A stretch of DNA of 64,000 bases, taken from the NCBI RefSeq assembly GCF_009914755.1, contig NC_060937.1; one strand, written 5' to 3'. Shown piece by piece: positions 57,047 through 64,000 of the stretch; within the stretch, counting starts at the first letter, position 1, and each line of letters starts with the position of its first letter. This stretch comes from the human T2T-CHM13v2.0 reference genome, Homo sapiens. The notes under the pieces were generated by a model. That model ran no database searches, was not told where the DNA came from, and worked only from the letters and a program-made list of their open reading frames with translations. The position numbers were made by a program, and so were the translations under genes.

Positions 57047-57894
57047 TAAAAATTGGTCTCTTTATTACATTTTTCCTTTTTTAAAAAAAAAAAGAATGAT
57101 GGTCTCTTTTTAATTGGTATAATGAATACAATCCACTGGCCAAAGAAGAAAGAAATAAAAGCATGTGGATATATATGTGCATGTGGTGTGTGTGTGTGTG
57201 TGTACTGTCAATAGACTAGTAATGTCACCTGATAGGTGTACTGCTGCTTTTCAGTTTAAAAACCCCATCTATAAACACCATCTCATTTGATGCCCATGGC
57301 AATTGTGTAGGATCCATAGAAATGGCATAATGAATACTGGGGCACAGAAAGTGGAGGAGAGGTCCCTATTAGTCATCAAGGGCAGTGAGAAGGAAAACAA
57401 TGAGTCAAATAAAAACAAACCAGCCATGAAAGAAAACATTGATATCCTGGACTTCATTAAAGCTTAAACTTCTGCTCTGCAAAAGACACCACCAAGAGAA
57501 TAAGACACATCACAGACTGGGAGAATATATTTGCAAAAGACATATCTGATAAAGGATTTTTATCCAAAATATGCAAAAAAAACCTCTTAAAACCCAACGA
57601 TAAACAAATGAATAACTCAATCAAAAATGGACAAAAGATCTGAACAGAAACCTCCCCAAACAAGATACACAGATGGCAAATAAGCAGATGAAAAGATGCT
57701 CAACATCATATGTCATCAGGAAAATGCAAATTAAAACAAGATACCACTATATACCTATTAGAATGGCCAAAAGCCAGAACACTGACAATACCAAATGCTG
57801 GTGAGGATACAAAGCAATAGGAAGTCTCTTTCATTGCTGGTGAGAATGCAAAAATGGTTATAGCAACTTTGGAAGACAGTTTGGCGATTTCTTC

Positions 57895-58193
57895 TTTTTT
57901 TTTTTTTTTGAGACAGAGTTTTGCTCTTGTTGCCCAGGCTGGAGTGCAATGGTGTGATCTCTCAACTCACTGCAACCTCCACCTCCCGGGTTCAAGCGAT
58001 TCTCCTGTCTCAGCCTCCTGAGTAGCTGGGATTACAGGTGCCCACCACCACACCTGGCTAATTTTTGGTGTTTTTAGTAGAGACGGGGTTTCACCATGTT
58101 GGCCAGGATGGTCTCAATCTCCTGACCTTGTGATCCACCCTCCTCGGCCTCCCAAAGTGCTGGGATTACAGGCGAGAGCCACTGCGCCCGACC
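57895..58193 (-). mobile_element. Alu (AluS-like)
   Basis: poly-T plus full Alu dimer. Confidence 0.92.
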
Positions 58194-58352
58194 CAGCTCA
58201 GTGGTTTCTTACCAAACTAAATAAACGTACTCTTATTATACAATCCAGCAAACAAGGTTTTTGATACTTACCTAAATGAGCTGAAAACTTATGGAACCCT
58301 AAGTTTATGTCCACAAAAACCCTGCACATGGATATTTATAGTAACTTTATTT

Positions 58353-58791
58353 TAAAATTTTTTTTATTTTACTTTAAGTTCCAGGATACATGTGCAGAAT
58401 GTGCATGTTTGTTACCTAGATATATATGTGCCATGGTGGTTTGCTGCACCCATCAACCAGTCATCTAGGTTTTAAACCCCACATGCATTAGGTATTTGTC
58501 CTGGTCTCCCTAGTCCCCCACCCCTGACAGGCCCTGGTGTGTATTGTTTGCCTCCCCGTGTCCATGTGTCCTCATTGTTCAGCTCCCACTTATGAGTGAG
58601 AACAGGCAGTGTTTGGTTTTCTGTTCCTGTGTTAGTTTGCTTAGAATGATGGTTTCCAGCTTCATCCATGTTCCCTGAAAAGAACATGATCTCATCTCAT
58701 TCCTTTTATGGCTGCATAGTATTCTATGGTGTATACGTGCCACATTTTCTTTATCCAGTCTATCACTGATGGGCATTTGGGTTGGTTCCAA
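58353..58791 (-). mobile_element. 5'-truncated L1PA 3' end
   Basis: L1PA 3'UTR antisense; TSD agtaactttattt/agcaactttattt. Confidence 0.88.
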
Positions 58792-60900
58792 AGCAACTTT
58801 ATTTGTAATTGCCAAAACTTCGAAGAAACCCTGATGTCTTTCAATAGGTGAATGGATAAGTAAACTGTAGAACATCCAGGCAATGGATTATTATTCAGCA
58901 CTAAAAAGAAATGACCAAGCCATGGAGAGACATGGAGGAATCTTAAATACATATTACTAAGTGAAAAAAGCTAGTCTGGAAAGGCTGCATGCTGTATGAT
59001 TCCAACTATATGGCACTCTGGGGAGTGCAAAACAATGGAGACAGTAAAAGGATCAGTGGTTTCCAGGAGGTGGGGTTGAGGGGGATGAATAGGTAGAGCC
59101 CAGAGGACTTTGAGGGTGGTGTAACTACTCCATATGAGAGGATAATGGTGAGTACATGTCATACATTTGTCTTAATGTGCATTAAGAGTGAACCCTAATG
59201 TAAACTATAGACTTTGGGTGATAAGTGTCCATGTAGGTTGATCAGTTGTGACAAATGTACCGCTCTGGTGTGAGATACTGATAGAGGGGGAGGCTGGGGA
59301 GAGATGAGTGGCATATGGGGTGTATGGGAATTCTCTGTGTTTTCTGCTTAATTTTGCTGTGAGCCTAAAACTACTCTAAAGACGTCTTTTAAATAACTGC
59401 ACACATAATAAAAGTAAATAGCAACGATATTCAAGATTCAACGTTTTAGTTAAGAGACTTTATTTGCAATAACAGGTTAGCTTCTGTTTTAGTTCTCCCA
59501 GAACAAAATTCCATAAGTCAATATTTTACTAATCCTTTCTCACAATGTTAATAGAAAACCCTGAGTGGAAATCAGAATTCAATCGTCAAGTCTGTGCAAG
59601 TTGAAACCCTGAATTGCAGGGTAGCTTAAGTGCTTTACACACATTGAAGATCAGCTGATTTAGTTACTAGTCTTGGATCTCTTCCCAGCACAGCAATAAC
59701 GATGGCATTATCAGTGGCTTCAATATGGGATCGTCTTGTCATTCCAGACATATGAATCACTCTAGATACTGGAATAATAACACAGGGATTTCTCCCAAAA
59801 GAAAGAATTGCAGCATGCCTTAATACAGAGACAATAAAATCAGAAATACTCAGTTACACGTGCATAGAAAACCTCAAGTTTATCTTGCAGTATCTCTTTA
59901 AGAAGCCCAGGATGAATAGAAGAGAGCAAGGAAATGTCACACTCCTCTCACTTTAGAGAAGATGAATGTGATAAAAGGCTCATCTCATGAAAGCTGTCTA
60001 TGTCACCTGTCCCAGAATGTGTTGATTCTAGTCTGAAATGCATGCCAAGTTATCCCAACCACTTAAAACCATCAACATTAGAAGATAGCCAGGAAACGGA
60101 CTGAGGCCCAAATAGAACCTCTTTTTTTAGCTTTCCTGGCAAAATAGGAGCTGTAGGTTCATAGATCATTTATAAAAACTTTGACTCCATCAAACTTACT
60201 AATCATTTTATTTAAAATAGAGCTCATCTCTACAGACATTCCTTATTTAGAGTATAACCTTTTCCATTCTCTTGGTTTAATTATTTTATAAGTGACAAGC
60301 TGGGCTAGACGTTTTCCTTCCCAGACATTTATTTTGTTCTCTGGAAAATATTTCCTGCCTCTCTTTACCTAGATAATTCTTACTATTTCCTGCCTCACAA
60401 CTAGGCATCACCTGCATCAGGTCCACTTTAATTATCTGAGAATCTGCCTCTGCCTCCTACCCACTGGACTGTAAGGAACATGAGGGTTGAGACCTTGTAC
60501 CTGGTCTGGTTACTGGCATGGAAAAAATGCTCATTAAATGTTTAAAGAATGAATGAATGTACGAATGAACACTGGGAACAACTTCTTTTTATTTCTTCAA
60601 CAGAATTTAGGTCACACAAGTTTTAAAAATTCATGCAGATCAGTTTCTTTTTAAGTAGAGAGATGCTTAATACTCTTATACTCACTCCTTTAGAAAAGAT
60701 TGAACTGCTATATACCGATCACTTTTTCTCACCAAGATTTTTCTTCGCTAAATTTAAAACATATAGAAAGTTATAAAACTAATATAATAAATACCAAAAT
60801 TCCCACCACATAGAATTTTAACTTAATATTTTCTCCTATTTGCTTCCAGTTATTTTTTAAAGATATAGATACAAGTAGAGGTCCCTTCCAACAGATACAC

Positions 60901-61600
60901 TGTGTCAGTCATGCACTTACCACCTTTCAGCTCCAAATTCACCCTTTTTTGCCTGCTCTATGCAAACAGATGTGGGCCCTTTCAATACGTTGCCAGCTGG
61001 AACAATGCTAAACTTTGTCAGTAGACTAGACAGAAGGAGAGGGTTTTGCCCCTTGGTTCAGGTGTGCTCCTGCAGACTGGCAGCTTCCCCAGTGTCCAGC
61101 TCCTTTAGAGCACATGGTTTCCCCAGGACCCAGCTCCTGCAGAGCTCATAACCTCTCTAGTTCTCAGCCTCTGCAAGGCATGGCAGCCAGCAGCACCCAG
61201 CAGCAGCAACTCACCTCCCTACCAGCATCCTTGAGTAGTTTCGTAGCTCAGCCCTTCCCTACAAGCAGCTTTCCCAGAACCGTCTGGGGCAGATTTCTGA
61301 CTAATGTGACTAGCACAGCACCACAGGGACTTCTCCACAATCCAGTGAGCCATGGCCACATCCTCTCAATAGGCTCTGGATCTCAGCCCTTTTGAGGGGA
61401 CAGGCAACTTCTATCTCAGACTTAAGCATAGAGGCTGCTGCTTATATTTGTTATTTCCACACTTTTTAGGGTTCTTGTTTTACTAGTCAATGCCTCATTA
61501 TTCCAATCCCTTGTTATACCTAATTCTTTTATATTCAACTTTCCCTGTTTAAATTACTGTCTGGTTTCTTTCTCCTGATTGGACCCAAGCAGAAATAGAT
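60901..61600 (+). mobile_element. ERVL-type LTR (LTR41-like)
   Basis: tgtgtcag...cagctccaaattcaccct...gccagctggaacaatgctaaactttgtcagtaga; 3' end ctcctgattggaccc. Confidence 0.65.
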
Positions 61601-61699
61601 ACAAAGGGTCCTTTCAATAGGAATATAAAATTTATATTTTTCTTGTAAGGTATAAAATTAATCAGTATAGCTGCTGTAGCTTCTTCTACATCTAGAGGT

Positions 61700-63170
61700 A
61701 TGATAGGAACTGATATGCCTGTACTCTCTGTCCTGCAAGTGCCAGAGGGGATGATTCTGATTGGGAAAAGCCACATGTAGAGACATGCTAGCACCCTTGG
61801 AGATTCACACACTCCTGGTTCCTTTGAGCTTCAGGTCATGGTGACCAATGATTATGCCAAATGGGGTCCCTGGCAATGGGAGACACCCTCCACCCAAACA
61901 CATGCCCAGAAGTGTTGAACTTGTCACTTCCCTGTTGTGACTACCAGGCATACTCCTTCTGAAAATCAGCTATCAGCTTGGTCTTGTCCTCTAGTTGAAA
62001 CTGCACACCTGACCTATAAAGGCCTTGTGACTCTCTGGTCTGTTTAAACTCAGACTCAATCGCTAACATGGTGAGAAGGGTCCAACAAGCCTAGGCTGGA
62101 AAATGGAATTTGGACAGCCTGGCCCCAGCAGCATCTCGGCTGTACACAAAACAGTGGGCACAAGCCCTCTGAGGGAAATTTTATCTCCTATTCACCACCT
62201 GAGGCGAAGCTGTGGCTCCATGGGGCCCTCACTTTACAGAGGTTCCCCTAAATGCATGGGCCTGGGTCACTGATGGTTTTTCCAAGCTGAACCCCAGTGG
62301 TGTCCCCTGAGCTGCTGTGACTACACAGATCCAAAAACAGATGTGAGCTGTCTGCTCAGAAGGCAGAATGCATGGCTGTTCTTGCAGGTCTGGCCAAGAC
62401 TGCCCTTGATGCAACTTGCCCTATTTTTAGTCATTCTTGGGCTGTTGTCAACGGCTAAGCATTTGGTCAGCCACTTGGAAAACTACAGATTCCAGATGAA
62501 CAGCATCCCGTTTGCAGGTCACAAACTGTGGAAACAAATCGTGACTGCTGAGAGAAACATCTGGGTCACTCACATAGATGGAAATGATCAAGGCCCCTTC
62601 TCTGATGAGACCGATTAGAGCCAAGCTGCCGGTGGAGCCTGCACTAAGCAGATGGCCACGTTGCTCTCTGGACCCATCGCTGTGCTGGATGTGGGAACGC
62701 ACCCACCACTGTGGATGGCACAACGTGCAGGACTCCATGTTTATGATGCGGGGGCTCCCACTGGAGCTCCTGCCACAAGTTGACCTACTTGTCTCACAAT
62801 GGTGTGGCCTCGTGGCAGGGATGCTTTCCCTGCTGCCGCCCACAGCCTGACCTTTGGGCCCTTCATGGGACTATGGTGGTGCCCTGCTACTCTTGACACC
62901 TTTTCAGGTGGTGGTGTTATTGTTCTAGTTCCATTAACCAACTCTGGCCACATCATTGTGGCCCTTGAAGATAATCTTTGCCATATTTTCAGCTCTGTGA
63001 ACCACCAGCAAATAGCTACTTGATGGCCCTTTCTCTCCTTACCACCCACAGGCATCTGATGTTGTTGATCATTGGAGCAGCCTCCTAAAAACTTGATTTA
63101 AAAGATTTCTGACCGTATTCCTGGTCCACACTCCTTAGCCAGGTAGTTTGGTCATGTACGTGGCTCATTA
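61700..63170 (+). pseudogene. ERVL-class (HERV16/ERV3-16-like) pol remnant: RT connection, RNase H, integrase N-terminal core
   Basis: SENQLSAWSCPLVETAHLT; AWAWVTDG; LWKQI...IWVTHID; LDTFSGGGVIV...GHIIVALEDNLCHIF; many stops and frameshifts. Confidence 0.75.
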
Positions 63171-63381
63171 TTGACTGAAATGCCATTATAGGCCACACTA
63201 ATAAAAGACACAAAGTTGACTTAAACAATTGGAAAAACATAATACGTTCTTGATAGGAGGACTTAATTCCTTAAGATGTAATTTCCCCCTTACTATATAA
63301 ATTTGATGCAATTCCATTAAAAACGCTGATTTTGCCCTCTGGAGCTAGATTATAGGGTTTGTATTTTAAAAAAAATTAATA

Positions 63382-63755
<374 letters not shown>

Positions 63756-64000
63756 TTATTTAAAACATTATAAAACTTCTATATTCAAAGCTTCATGGTA
63801 TTGATATGTGATAGAAAAACAGGCCAAAGTTCGCATTTGAATAGCACAACTGGAAACAGACATATATGGTTATGGAAGTTTAATAAATAGTGAAGGTATT
63901 ATCTCAAGTCATGGGGAAGTTTTGAATTATTTCATAAATAATATTGAGCTATGTGGGAAAAAATACACAGGAATAAATTCCAAATGGATGAAATCTAAAT

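Larger units (their letters stand above)
57430..59385 (+). mobile_element. L1MC1-like 3' region interrupted by an Alu and an L1PA
   Basis: ORF2 C-terminal remnants and 3'UTR aagagtgaaccctaatgtaaactat...tttgctgtgagcctaaaactactctaaa. Confidence 0.82.

Overview
This is eukaryotic primate genomic DNA, almost certainly human 13q33.1 by gene identity. It holds two convergent protein-coding genes. (1) The 3' part of TPP2 (tripeptidyl-peptidase II) on the + strand: a 39-nt cassette exon (GQSAAKRQGKFKK) and the last six coding exons, with stop at 28284 and a 3'UTR carrying several AATAAA signals. (2) The complete four-exon CDS of METTL21C (protein-lysine methyltransferase, 264 aa) on the - strand, 44477 to 36011. 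All exon boundaries were checked by hand for GT-AG and phase. The largest accessory element is a 4.7-kb antisense HERV-K(HML-5)/HERVK22-like provirus in a TPP2 intron (17792-22535). It has two LTR22-like LTRs, a tRNA-Met PBS and a PPT, deletions in gag, gag-pro and env, and a decayed but nearly full-length pol. The rest is ordinary interspersed repeat (Alu, L1, L2, MIR, hAT MITEs, solo and nested LTRs, ERVL pol remnants). I found no convincing new multi-gene system. The best leads are the deleted HML-5 variant, a symmetric inverted Alu pair around METTL21C exon 2, a MER58-derived bidirectional poly(A) signal between the convergent genes, and an in-frame upstream ATG in METTL21C. Repeat subfamily names come from recalled consensus motifs, not from a RepeatMasker run, and most repeat boundaries are approximate.
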